From Methanobacteriota archaeon (GTDB lineage Archaea; Thermoplasmatota; Thermoplasmata; SG8-5; JAGLSY01), in the NCBI GenBank assembly GCA_020697715.1, contig JAEHCO010000005.1, positions 1 through 64,000 on the forward strand: a DNA stretch of 64,000 nucleotides, read 5' to 3'. The position numbers and the translations under genes were made by a program. Positions 38,996 through 50,509 of this stretch are shown here, piece after piece. The notes under the pieces were generated by a model. The model saw nothing but the letters and a program-made list of their open reading frames with translations, made no database searches and was not told where the DNA came from. The stretch's first letter is position 1; each line of letters opens with the position of its first letter.

Positions 38996-39552
38996 TTGAA
39001 GAGCATGTCGGCCACTTCGCCGATCCTCTCCGCCCATAGTTCCTCAAGAAGCATCTCGTAGGTGAGATTCAATCTCTGAGTTCTATCCGAGCTCTCTATT
39101 ATCATCCCGCCAGAACATTTTATGGTTCCAGCGAATTGGTACTGAGACGCCAATCTCTTAACAGCAACAGAATCCTCTTCATTGGAATACACAGAGCCAC
39201 TTGGAATGATCTGGACAGCCTGTTTTATCAGGCCATTTATGATCTGTTCCTTCTTAGGCGTGGAAGCAGCTATCAAGCTCTGGAAGGTCTTTTCCTTGAC
39301 CTTGTCCAGTATCTCTTTTTCAGCTGTAAGTCTATCCCTTCGACCCTCTACATCGGCCGATGATACTTCCTGCTCCTTGTTCAGTTTTATCTGCTTCTCA
39401 GCTTTTTCTCTAGCCTGGGTAACCAATGCTTTAGCCTCTGTCTCTGCCTTATTGATTATCTGAAGTGTTTCCTGTCCGCCCTGTTTGATTATGATATTGG
39501 ACTCACGTTTACCCTTCTCGATCACCTTTTTCGCGACTTCGTCTAAGCTCAT
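38992..39552 (-). CDS. atpE: A1Ao ATP synthase subunit E
   Basis: N-terminal coiled coil, SGGMIIES; operon position. Confidence 0.88.
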   Translation of the reverse strand: MSLDEVAKKVIEKGKRESNIIIKQGGQETLQIINKAETEAKALVTQAREKAEKQIKLNKEQEVSSADVEGRRDRLTAEKEILDKVKEKTFQSLIAASTPKKEQIINGLIKQAVQIIPSGSVYSNEEDSVAVKRLASQYQFAGTIKCSGGMIIESSDRTQRLNLTYEMLLEELWAERIGEVADMLFK

Positions 39553-39569
39553 TTGCTAACCTCTTTCAT

Positions 39570-41893
<2,324 letters not shown>

Positions 41894-41904
<11 letters not shown>

Positions 41905-42223
41905 TTGCCTTCCTCTCGAACTCTTGAATTAAAAAATTCATTGCCTGGTCAATATTGGCATCAGCCTGTGACCGCAGTGCTTCTATCTGATTATTGGAAC
42001 GAGTCCTCAGGATCTCCTTTTCCTTTGAGATATCCTCTACGGACTTTTTCAACATATTATCATAAAGCACCTTGGACCTGGCCTGACCTTCATTCAACTT
42101 GGCCAAGGCTTCATTTCTCGCTTTCGCAAGATCTTTTTCTTTTCTCTGGAGGGCGGAGGTCTTTAGCTTTTCAGCTTTCTCCTCCGCATCCTTTATCACA
42201 TTCAAAATATCTGCTTTATTCAT
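41894..42223 (-). CDS. atpH: A1Ao ATP synthase subunit H
   Basis: IKDAEEKA helical stalk; first gene of the operon. Confidence 0.8.
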
Positions 42224-42560
42224 GGCAGTCACCGCTGTCAATGATGGTAGATTTGGAGAGGATAAAACACTCATTTATATTAACCCTTATGGCTAATATG
42301 TTAACAATTTCATACACTTTTAGACAAATATTAACACAGTTAATTAAGAGCAATAACAATAATGTTCAATATTGGCCGTATATCTCCAACCATAATGGCA
42401 TAAGATCATTGATTCATGAACATCCCTGACACTATCTCCAAACATGGTTGTTCTGCTTTATATAATACGGGAAAAAATTGTAAGATGTCATAGGCACTGA
42501 TTTAAGGAATATATTCTGACTTTCACTCCTATGCCTCAAAGGAGAAGTATTTTATAATCA

Positions 42561-43391
42561 ATGACAGATGAGAAATTGATGGAGATCAATGAGATCAAGA
42601 GCAAACTTGGAAGACTGGGTATCAAGCCTTCCAAGAGATTCAGCCAGAACTTTCTGATAAGTGAGAATATCGCCCGTAGACAGGTAGAAGCGGCAGGTAT
42701 CCAGGATGGAGATCGAGTTCTGGAAATTGGGCCAGGCCTTGGTGTCCTTTCAAAGCACATACTGGACAAGACGAAGAATGTCCAATTCATTGAAAAGGAT
42801 CCTCATTTGGCAGGTTTCATCAGGGAAGAATATTCAGCAGATGTGATAAGTGGTGATGCGATGGAGGAAGACCTTTCTGGCTTCGATGTGGTCATAGCCA
42901 ATCTACCCTATCACATATCATCCGAGATCACCGTGAGATTGTTGGAGGCGGGCTTCAGAACAGCCATCCTGATGTTCCAGAAAGAATTCGCTGTACATCT
43001 GACCGCCAGTCCGGGAAGTCGGGATTATTCCCGTATCACGGTATTCAGAGAATTCTACTCGGATGCGGAGATCATCATGGAAGTTCCAAAAAGTAATTAT
43101 TATCCAGTACCCAAAGTTGATTCATGCATTGTGAAACTGGAAGGCCATGAGCCCCCCTTCCAGCCCAGGGATATCGATCAATTTTTCAAAATTGTTAGAA
43201 TACTATTCTCTCACAAGAAGCGTACTGTCAGGAATGCATTGGTCTCGGAGACTGGTGTTCTGGGCACTACCAAGGAGGAACTCAAACCCCTCCTGACGGA
43301 CCTGCCATTCGCGGATGAAAGGGCGTTCAATCTACCTCCTGAGAAGATCTATGAGATATCAGAGTACGTATACAAAATATTGAAAGAGTAG
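42561..43391 (+). CDS. rsmA: 16S rRNA dimethyladenosine transferase
   Basis: SQNFL, LEIGPGLG, ANLPYHIS, MFQKE, PVPKVDS. Confidence 0.95.
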   Translation: MTDEKLMEINEIKSKLGRLGIKPSKRFSQNFLISENIARRQVEAAGIQDGDRVLEIGPGLGVLSKHILDKTKNVQFIEKDPHLAGFIREEYSADVISGDAMEEDLSGFDVVIANLPYHISSEITVRLLEAGFRTAILMFQKEFAVHLTASPGSRDYSRITVFREFYSDAEIIMEVPKSNYYPVPKVDSCIVKLEGHEPPFQPRDIDQFFKIVRILFSHKKRTVRNALVSETGVLGTTKEELKPLLTDLPFADERAFNLPPEKIYEISEYVYKILKE

Positions 43392-43488
43392 TCTTTGAAA
43401 GAGTATAACTTCATTTAGTAAATGAATGACTTTGAAAGAAGATATCTACCTTTGTCAAGTTTTGTATTTTGAATTAATCTATTATGAA

Positions 43489-44118
43489 TTAATTCTTTTC
43501 AAAATAGGTCTCGATTATCTTTTTCTGGCCGCGCCTCAATATCTCCGATAGGGTGGCAGTAGATACTTCAAACATATCTGCCAATTCCTTCACGCCAATG
43601 CGCTTTGGGAAGTCATAATAGCCACGATCATAAGCAGTCCTGACTATCTTTTCTTGGCGTTCTGTAAGAAGGTCATCATCTTTGATACTGGTAAGTTTTA
43701 TCAGCTTTGGCTCGGCATCATGCTTGTCCAGCTCGGCAACGAGGTTTTTCAATTTCTCCCTGTCACCAGCCAACATCGTCCATTCGACCCGATCGTCCTG
43801 GGTCGTGACCGATGAGATGAGGAAACAATCGCATTGTAAAAGAGCCTTGCAACCATAGCACATCTTTGTCTTGACAATACCCAGTGCCTTACTGGAGTCC
43901 ACATGGTCGATGTTCACCCCTTCCACTTCATCTATACCCTCAATGAATTTCTTTATCTCATCAATATCAGAACCATTAAGCTTGATCTCCACAAGATCCT
44001 GGACACCGTCTTTTCCAAATGGAATGATATCCAATATTCTGATCTCGACTGGAAATCTCTTGACAACCTCTGTGTGCCATATCCCATATAGTTTAATTGA
44101 AAGAACTGCTTCGATCAT
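43489..44118 (-). CDS. Bacterio-opsin activator (HTH_10) family regulator
   Basis: LTERQ..A..GYYDFPKR..ELA..VS.ATLSEILRR. Confidence 0.88.
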   Translation of the reverse strand: MIEAVLSIKLYGIWHTEVVKRFPVEIRILDIIPFGKDGVQDLVEIKLNGSDIDEIKKFIEGIDEVEGVNIDHVDSSKALGIVKTKMCYGCKALLQCDCFLISSVTTQDDRVEWTMLAGDREKLKNLVAELDKHDAEPKLIKLTSIKDDDLLTERQEKIVRTAYDRGYYDFPKRIGVKELADMFEVSTATLSEILRRGQKKIIETYFEKN

Positions 44119-44272
44119 GTTTCTCACTTACTCCCTGCGGCTCAAAAGGTAATCATTATATATAATCCTTAACTATAACATTATTAGAGACCGGCATATC
44201 TCATGCAATCGAAAGGGTTAATAACAAAATGCAATTATACCCGGAGATATCCTTCAATTGGTGGGACCATTC

Positions 44273-45136
44273 ATGCAGAAGAAAAATCGTTCTGAACAAG
44301 ACAGCGCGGAAGAAAAGTATAGCAGCCTAGTGGAAAAAAGGAATGAACTTAATACCCAGGCTAGAGAATTCGCTGAATCTCGAAATACTTTGAATGCAGA
44401 GCGAAGACGTATATTGGATGAGTCCAAGGAATTAAGGGACGAGCGCAAGAAATATGTTGACCTGATGCGCAAGCATAAGAAAAGAAGGAACCAGTTCCAG
44501 GACAAGGGAAAGGCACTTATTGAAAAGAAGAAGAAAAGTAAAGGCAAGCTCCCAGAAGGCCTGAACAAGGAGATCGCAACCACAAGAGCGGATGTGAAGA
44601 GCCTGGAACACAAGCAACAGACAGTACCCATGACGGTTCAGGAGGAGAACATTCTTCTAGACGAGATGAAGGTCAAAATGAAGAGCCTCAAAGACCTTGA
44701 GGTCGTCAAAGAGGAGGAAGATGCGATCATGGATGATGTCAAAAAGACAGATCTTTCGATCAATGAACTTTTTGAACTGGCTGATGAGGAGCATAAGAAA
44801 GTTGTCGAATACTCCAACAAGGCCAATGAGATCCATGAGAAGATCAGCACCTCGATGAAATCAATTTCACACCTTATTGCAGAAGCCAACAAGAATCACG
44901 AAGCATACGTGGTCATGAAGGAAAAAGCAGATGGTTACCATCAGAAGGCCATGGAAATGCGCAAGAAGCTCATGGCCATCAAAAATGAGAAGAGAGAGGA
45001 AGTAAGAGAGGGAAGGAAACAGGTAACAGACCACAATAAGGATGTGAAGAAACACCTTGGCAGTGAAGATGATCTAGAAAAAGCAGCCGACGATGCCCTA
45101 CAGCAGCTCCTCAAGAAAGGCAAGGTAGAGATTTAA
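44273..45136 (+). CDS. Archaeal coiled-coil protein (COG1340-like)
   Basis: Long heptad-rich helix, LEHKQQT..T...E, C-terminal KKGKV. Confidence 0.75.
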   Translation: MQKKNRSEQDSAEEKYSSLVEKRNELNTQAREFAESRNTLNAERRRILDESKELRDERKKYVDLMRKHKKRRNQFQDKGKALIEKKKKSKGKLPEGLNKEIATTRADVKSLEHKQQTVPMTVQEENILLDEMKVKMKSLKDLEVVKEEEDAIMDDVKKTDLSINELFELADEEHKKVVEYSNKANEIHEKISTSMKSISHLIAEANKNHEAYVVMKEKADGYHQKAMEMRKKLMAIKNEKREEVREGRKQVTDHNKDVKKHLGSEDDLEKAADDALQQLLKKGKVEI

Positions 45137-46254
45137 TGTCAGATAACCTCAAGGCCGTCATTCTCGCAGGCGGTATTGGTAAACGCCTGAGGCCATTGAC
45201 CGAACATAGGCCAAAACCATTGATACCTGTTGCTGGTAGGCCATGTATTGATTTTGTTATAAGATCCCTGGTGAGTGGGGGATTCAAAGAAATAATTGTA
45301 ACAACTGGCTATCTATCAGATAGACTTATAAAAAGTATCGGAGATGGTTCCAAGTATGGTGCCACCATCCTATATTCCTTCGAGGAGGAGCCTGCTGGAA
45401 CTGCAGGTGCGATCAAGAAAGTGGCTGATTTTTTAGACGATACATTTGTTGTCGCAAGCGGTGATCTACTGGCTGACATAGACATCGGCCAGCTTCTGAA
45501 ATATCATAAGGACAAGGAAGCGATGGCGACCATGGCCCTGACAAAGGTCAGCGATCCCACGGATTTCGGAATTGTGGGAATGAACAAGTCCAATAAGATA
45601 ATCAAATTCGCAGAGAAGCCGAAGAAAAAAGAGGTCTTCTCCAATCTTATCAATGCAGGTATATATGTGCTTGAACCAGAAGTACTGGATCTGATACCTG
45701 AAAATACCATGTATGATTTCTCCAAACAGGTCTTCCCCGAGATCCTGGAAAAGGATATGAAGCTATATGGGAAGATGATAAAAGGCATCTGGAGAGATAT
45801 AGGAAAGCCCATTGACCTTCTACAAGCCAGCCTGGATGTTGTTGAAAGAGAAGGAGCGAAGGTCAAGCTGGAGAAAGTGAAGACAAAGGGCAATATCATT
45901 ATTGGAAAGAACACGGCCATAGAGAAGGGCGTGAGGATCATCGGGCCTGCTTACATCGGGGATGATGTCTACGTTAGCTCTGGAACCGTCATAGACAAGT
46001 CATGTATCTATGATAGCGTGTTCATCGATCGAGACACGAGCATCAAGAACAGTATAATTCTGGATGGCAGTAAGATAGGTTGGCAGAGCACGATTGATGA
46101 AAGTGTCATATCCAGAGATTGCCAGATTGAAGAGGACGTGACCATTATCAAGAGCATTATCGGGGACAAGATGACGGTGAAGATACACTCTAAATTGGAG
46201 GATGCGAACCTCACCCAGCCTCCGGAGAACAATAATGGCAATAATAACCGCTAA
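45136..46254 (+). CDS. NDP-sugar pyrophosphorylase (mannose-1-P guanylyltransferase-like)
   Basis: AVILAGG.G.RLRPLT..PKPL, FAEKP, WRDIG, hexapeptide repeats. Confidence 0.92.
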   Translation: MSDNLKAVILAGGIGKRLRPLTEHRPKPLIPVAGRPCIDFVIRSLVSGGFKEIIVTTGYLSDRLIKSIGDGSKYGATILYSFEEEPAGTAGAIKKVADFLDDTFVVASGDLLADIDIGQLLKYHKDKEAMATMALTKVSDPTDFGIVGMNKSNKIIKFAEKPKKKEVFSNLINAGIYVLEPEVLDLIPENTMYDFSKQVFPEILEKDMKLYGKMIKGIWRDIGKPIDLLQASLDVVEREGAKVKLEKVKTKGNIIIGKNTAIEKGVRIIGPAYIGDDVYVSSGTVIDKSCIYDSVFIDRDTSIKNSIILDGSKIGWQSTIDESVISRDCQIEEDVTIIKSIIGDKMTVKIHSKLEDANLTQPPENNNGNNNR

Positions 46255-46311
46255 TGTTCTCGTAATTTAGGAGATTATTAATATTTGCACAATCATTATC
46301 AAATTGATATT

Positions 46312-46785
46312 ATGAGTGCGAAGATCAAGATCAAACACAGAAAATCAGGAAATATAGCGTATATGGAACACAAGGGGCCATATGACTCCATTCCTTTTGA
46401 CAAGTATTACACTGACCTTTATTCCTGGGCGAAAGAAAATAAGGCCAGGCCAGGTTTCAAGCCCATGGCCATATACATGAGCAATCCTAATGAAACACCA
46501 AAAGATGAGCTCGTGACCCTTATTGCCATTCCTATCGGCATAACGATCGAATCAAAAGGAGATGTGAAAACGAAAAACCTGCCCGAAATGGATGTGGCCG
46601 TGTTCAAACACGCCGCACCTGCCGAGGAATACGAGAATTCTTATACGGACCTTGCCAAATGGATCGAGGATAATGGCTTCGAGGTCACGGATCCCCTAAT
46701 GGAGATATATGGTAAGAAACCGAAAGTGAAGAATGGCAAGACCATCATATTCAGTGATATCCAGTTCCCGGTCAAGAAAAAATAA
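46312..46785 (+). CDS. GyrI-like small-molecule-binding protein
   Basis: HKGPY, MEIY, IQFPV. Confidence 0.8.
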   Translation: MSAKIKIKHRKSGNIAYMEHKGPYDSIPFDKYYTDLYSWAKENKARPGFKPMAIYMSNPNETPKDELVTLIAIPIGITIESKGDVKTKNLPEMDVAVFKHAAPAEEYENSYTDLAKWIEDNGFEVTDPLMEIYGKKPKVKNGKTIIFSDIQFPVKKK

Positions 46786-47356
46786 TAGATACTTCAGTTC
46801 CGGCAGTGATATTATTTTCAGCAGCCAGGCCGTAGTTCATTTCCAGCACGTACAATGCCGAGCCTTCACTGAGATATCTAATAAGAAGGTCATCCGGAGT
46901 GCTGGTATTCTCCACAATGGCCTCTTCCACATTTAGGACCTTCAAATCCTCACCTATGAACACGATATCCAAAGGTATTTCGACATTCTTCATCCAGAAT
47001 GTCTTGGGGGCTGGCTCATCAAAGATGAATAACATACCCCGATCCAGAGAAAGGTTTGTCACATACATCAAACCTTGTTGTCTTTCCTCATCCGTGCTGG
47101 CTATATCGCAGAATATCGTCAGATTATCATTTGTGCCAGCCATGCCATCGCTGGCATTTCCAGATGTGTTCGGATAAAGAATTACCGATGCCTCATAGTC
47201 AATGTCATCGTCGATCGTCTCGTCATCCGTGCCATCATTTTCATTGTCATCGTCATCATCAGGCTTGAGATCCACATAGAGCAGGGCTGAGACCACCAAT
47301 ATCGAGATGATGGCCATGGTCAATATGATGATGATATTATTTTTGGACAATCTCAC
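46772..47356 (-). CDS. DUF192 family protein with N-terminal membrane anchor
   Basis: ERQQGLM, GMLFIF, FWMKNV.IPLDIVFI, YVLEMN. Confidence 0.9.
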   Translation of the reverse strand: MRLSKNNIIIILTMAIISILVVSALLYVDLKPDDDDDNENDGTDDETIDDDIDYEASVILYPNTSGNASDGMAGTNDNLTIFCDIASTDEERQQGLMYVTNLSLDRGMLFIFDEPAPKTFWMKNVEIPLDIVFIGEDLKVLNVEEAIVENTSTPDDLLIRYLSEGSALYVLEMNYGLAAENNITAGTEVSIIFS

Positions 47357-47474
47357 ACCAGATGATACATGAAGTTCAGTATATTTTAAACTTCATATTG
47401 TGTATGAGCTGACCAGCCAGCCATCTAGAACATCCACCAGTAATTATATAACCCCAGTGGCTGATTATGTACTG

Positions 47475-48230
47475 ATGAGCGAATGGGATGCAGAGATTCT
47501 GATCATTGTCATATGTTTCACATTAGCATTCTTAGCCCATAGGAAGTCCATACTTACAAAAAATGGGTCCATTGGAGCTTTTTTCGTCGGTATCATCATA
47601 GGCATCATGGGACATATCACGTGGGTCATCCTTCTTCTGATATTCTTCCTCACCAGCTTCCTTGCCACCAAATATAAATTTGAATACAAGAAAGCGAAGG
47701 GATTACAGGAAGGAAAGGGCGGCGAGAGAGGACTGAAGAACGTACTGGCGAATGGAGCTGTGCCAGTCCTTATCGCGATATTGAGCTTCATATCCGAACA
47801 CTATTCATACCTGGATAAAGGAACGTGGTCGATAATATTCATCTCATCTATAGCAGTCGCTGCCTCTGACACACTGGCCAGTGAATTGGGCGTGATATCC
47901 GATAAAGTTTATCTCATCACCAATGGAAAGAAAGTGAAGGCAGGAATAGATGGCGGTATCTCATTGCTTGGGCAAACGGCCGCCTTCATTGCAGCTTCCT
48001 ACACCGCTGTCCTGGGATATCTGGCATTCTATTATTTCGATATGATAGACCAGAGTTGGTATGTCGTCATACCCCTGGTCACTTTCATCGGCTTCATGGG
48101 ATGTCAGGTCGATAGTGTCTTCGGGGCCACTCTTGAGACAAAAGGAATACTTACAAAATTAACAAATAATCTGTCGTCAATAGCAGTTGGCGCGATAATA
48201 GCATGGTGGATACTGACATGGCTCGTATGA
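47475..48230 (+). CDS. DUF92 (TMEM19-like) membrane protein
   Basis: R...NVLANG, SDTLASELG, DGGISLLG, DSVFGATLE. Confidence 0.9.
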   Translation: MSEWDAEILIIVICFTLAFLAHRKSILTKNGSIGAFFVGIIIGIMGHITWVILLLIFFLTSFLATKYKFEYKKAKGLQEGKGGERGLKNVLANGAVPVLIAILSFISEHYSYLDKGTWSIIFISSIAVAASDTLASELGVISDKVYLITNGKKVKAGIDGGISLLGQTAAFIAASYTAVLGYLAFYYFDMIDQSWYVVIPLVTFIGFMGCQVDSVFGATLETKGILTKLTNNLSSIAVGAIIAWWILTWLV

Positions 48231-49447
48231 AGATACTGATTATCATATGTGATGGAATGGCGGATAGACCGTCTTATGAATTGAAGGGTAAGACCCCGAT
48301 GGAAGCCGCCTCAACACCCGCGATGGACAAGCTGGCTAAGCTTGGTTCCAATGGCCTGATGGACCCGATAGGCAAGGGCATAGTTCCTGGAAGCGACACT
48401 GCCCATCTTTCACTTTTTGGCTACGACCCATACAAATATTATTGCGGAAGAGGAACTCTCGAAGCCGCTGGCCTCGGCATATACATGAAAAAAGGTGATG
48501 TGGCCTTCAGATGCAATTTCGCGACATCGGATAGCGATCTGCGGATACTCGACCGCAGAGCGGGCAGAATTGCCTTCGGAACTGAAGAACTGGCCGAAGC
48601 GATCAATGGACTTGAGATCGATGGCGTGAAGGTGATATTCAAGGACGCTGTCGAGCATCGTTCCGTCATGGTGCTTCGAGGTCCTGGCCTGAGCTCCAAG
48701 GTCTCGGAGGTCGATCCACATAATGAAGGCGAGATCGCCTGGAAATCCGTAGCAACGGAACCTGGAGCGGAGAAGACTGCCGATATCCTGAATAAATTTA
48801 CCAGAATGTCATTTGATATTCTGCATAAACATCCGATCAATATCGCGAGAAAAGAAGAGGGATTGCTTCCCGCGAACATCATACTGGCCAGAGGACCGGG
48901 GGATGTGCCGGACATACCGACCTTCAAAGAAGTGCATGGGATGAAGGCCTCGGCCATAGTCGGGATCACCCTTGTCAAAGGATTATGCCGCATACTTGGA
49001 ATGGAAGTGCCCGAGATAGAGGGCGCGACCGGAGGCGCGGACACCAGCCTGGAGAATAAGACCCAGGCTGTTCTGCAAGCTCTGAAGGATCATGATCTCG
49101 TGCTGTGGCATATCAAGGGAACTGACGTCTTCGGGCATGATGGTGATGCTGTTGGCAAAAAAGAGTTCATCGAGAAGATCGATGCCAGCCTGGCTGGCCT
49201 GGTGGATAAGCTGGGCGATGATGTGATGATCGCCATAACCGCCGACCACTCCACCCCAACCTCGGTGAAGGACCATGCTTCCGATCCAGTGCCCTTGCTC
49301 ATATACGGCAAGGGATTGAGAGCGGACAAGTGCCAGGTATTCAATGAGCATGAGGTTTCCAATGGCTCATTGGGGATCATCAATGGTCTGGAGCTTATGC
49401 AGATATTGAAAGGATTGGGCGGTTGGAACGATAAATTCGGCGCTTAA
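48227..49447 (+). CDS. apgM: 2,3-bisphosphoglycerate-independent phosphoglycerate mutase
   Basis: DGMAD, PGSDTAH, DRRAGR, D..GHDG, TADHSTP. Confidence 0.94.
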   Translation: MKILIIICDGMADRPSYELKGKTPMEAASTPAMDKLAKLGSNGLMDPIGKGIVPGSDTAHLSLFGYDPYKYYCGRGTLEAAGLGIYMKKGDVAFRCNFATSDSDLRILDRRAGRIAFGTEELAEAINGLEIDGVKVIFKDAVEHRSVMVLRGPGLSSKVSEVDPHNEGEIAWKSVATEPGAEKTADILNKFTRMSFDILHKHPINIARKEEGLLPANIILARGPGDVPDIPTFKEVHGMKASAIVGITLVKGLCRILGMEVPEIEGATGGADTSLENKTQAVLQALKDHDLVLWHIKGTDVFGHDGDAVGKKEFIEKIDASLAGLVDKLGDDVMIAITADHSTPTSVKDHASDPVPLLIYGKGLRADKCQVFNEHEVSNGSLGIINGLELMQILKGLGGWNDKFGA

Positions 49448-49511
49448 ACCTGCTTTTATACCTATCCATCCCTCCTATCTACCTTATATATAATATCGAT
49501 AATGGCAGTTC

Positions 49512-50495
49512 GTGAACGCGAAAAGCATACCAACTGTACTATCGGCAGACGAGATACTGGAAAAAGCCTTCAAGAGAGCGGATAAGATCCAGGTCTGGAA
49601 CGCGGGTAACCGCAATAAGACCCGGTCGGACTCTGGCTCCAAATTGAATTCATTCGGACACACGATATCGAGCAAACTTCGAATGTATGTGAGGAAATTC
49701 CCCAGCCTGGATCAGCTTCACCCCTTCTATTATTCACTTATCGACCTCAAGGTCAATAATGACAAACTAAGGCACTCATTGGGCGCGATCCAGTGGGCGG
49801 CCAATACCACGGATCTGATACTCAAAGAGAACGAAAAAAAGCTCAAAGGGACTGAGGGCAAGAAGGATATGGAAAAAGTGAGAAAATCCGCTTATGGCAG
49901 GATTTCTTCCGTGGTCAAGAAAGTGGAAAAAGACCTTGTCCTGCTTCAGGAAACAAGAGAGTTCATGAAGTCCCTGCCCGAGATAAATGTCGACGAGCCA
50001 GTCACTGTCATCGCCGGCGCTCCGAATGTCGGAAAGTCAGCGGTCATGACAAGGCTGACAGCGGCCACACCCAAGATAGCTTCCTACCCTTTCACCACCC
50101 AGAACATCAGCATCGGGCATATGGACCTGGAAGATGAGAGATTCCAGATCATGGACACTCCAGGATTGCTGGACAGACCTCTTGAGGAAAGGAATGACAT
50201 CGAGAGGCACGCGATATTGGCGATAGAACATATTGCCAGTATCATTGTTTTCATCCTCGACCCATCAGAATCTTGCGGCTATGTGATGGAAAAGCAGGAG
50301 AACCTACGAGCGACCATAATCAAGTCCTTCCCGCAAGCGAAGGTCATCACGATCACCAACAAATCCGATATGGCGACCATGGACGAGTATCTGGCCGTGT
50401 CCGCCCTGCACGACAAGGGATTTGAAGAACTGGAAAAACTTCTTTACAAGGAGCTGGATGCGATACCACCAGCACCTTATTATGGGCCGGATTGA
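49512..50495 (+). CDS. NOG1-family GTP-binding protein
   Basis: LHPFY, GAPNVGKS, YPFTT, DTPGLLDR, NKSD. Confidence 0.92.
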   Translation: MNAKSIPTVLSADEILEKAFKRADKIQVWNAGNRNKTRSDSGSKLNSFGHTISSKLRMYVRKFPSLDQLHPFYYSLIDLKVNNDKLRHSLGAIQWAANTTDLILKENEKKLKGTEGKKDMEKVRKSAYGRISSVVKKVEKDLVLLQETREFMKSLPEINVDEPVTVIAGAPNVGKSAVMTRLTAATPKIASYPFTTQNISIGHMDLEDERFQIMDTPGLLDRPLEERNDIERHAILAIEHIASIIVFILDPSESCGYVMEKQENLRATIIKSFPQAKVITITNKSDMATMDEYLAVSALHDKGFEELEKLLYKELDAIPPAPYYGPD

Positions 50496-50509
50496 GTTCA
50501 TCAATTAAC

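Noticed and set aside
43380-43440. Short tgaaagagta/ctttgaaaga repeats with a small hairpin after rsmA
   Set aside because: Resembles the junction-duplication pattern but is too short and AT-rich to distinguish from chance
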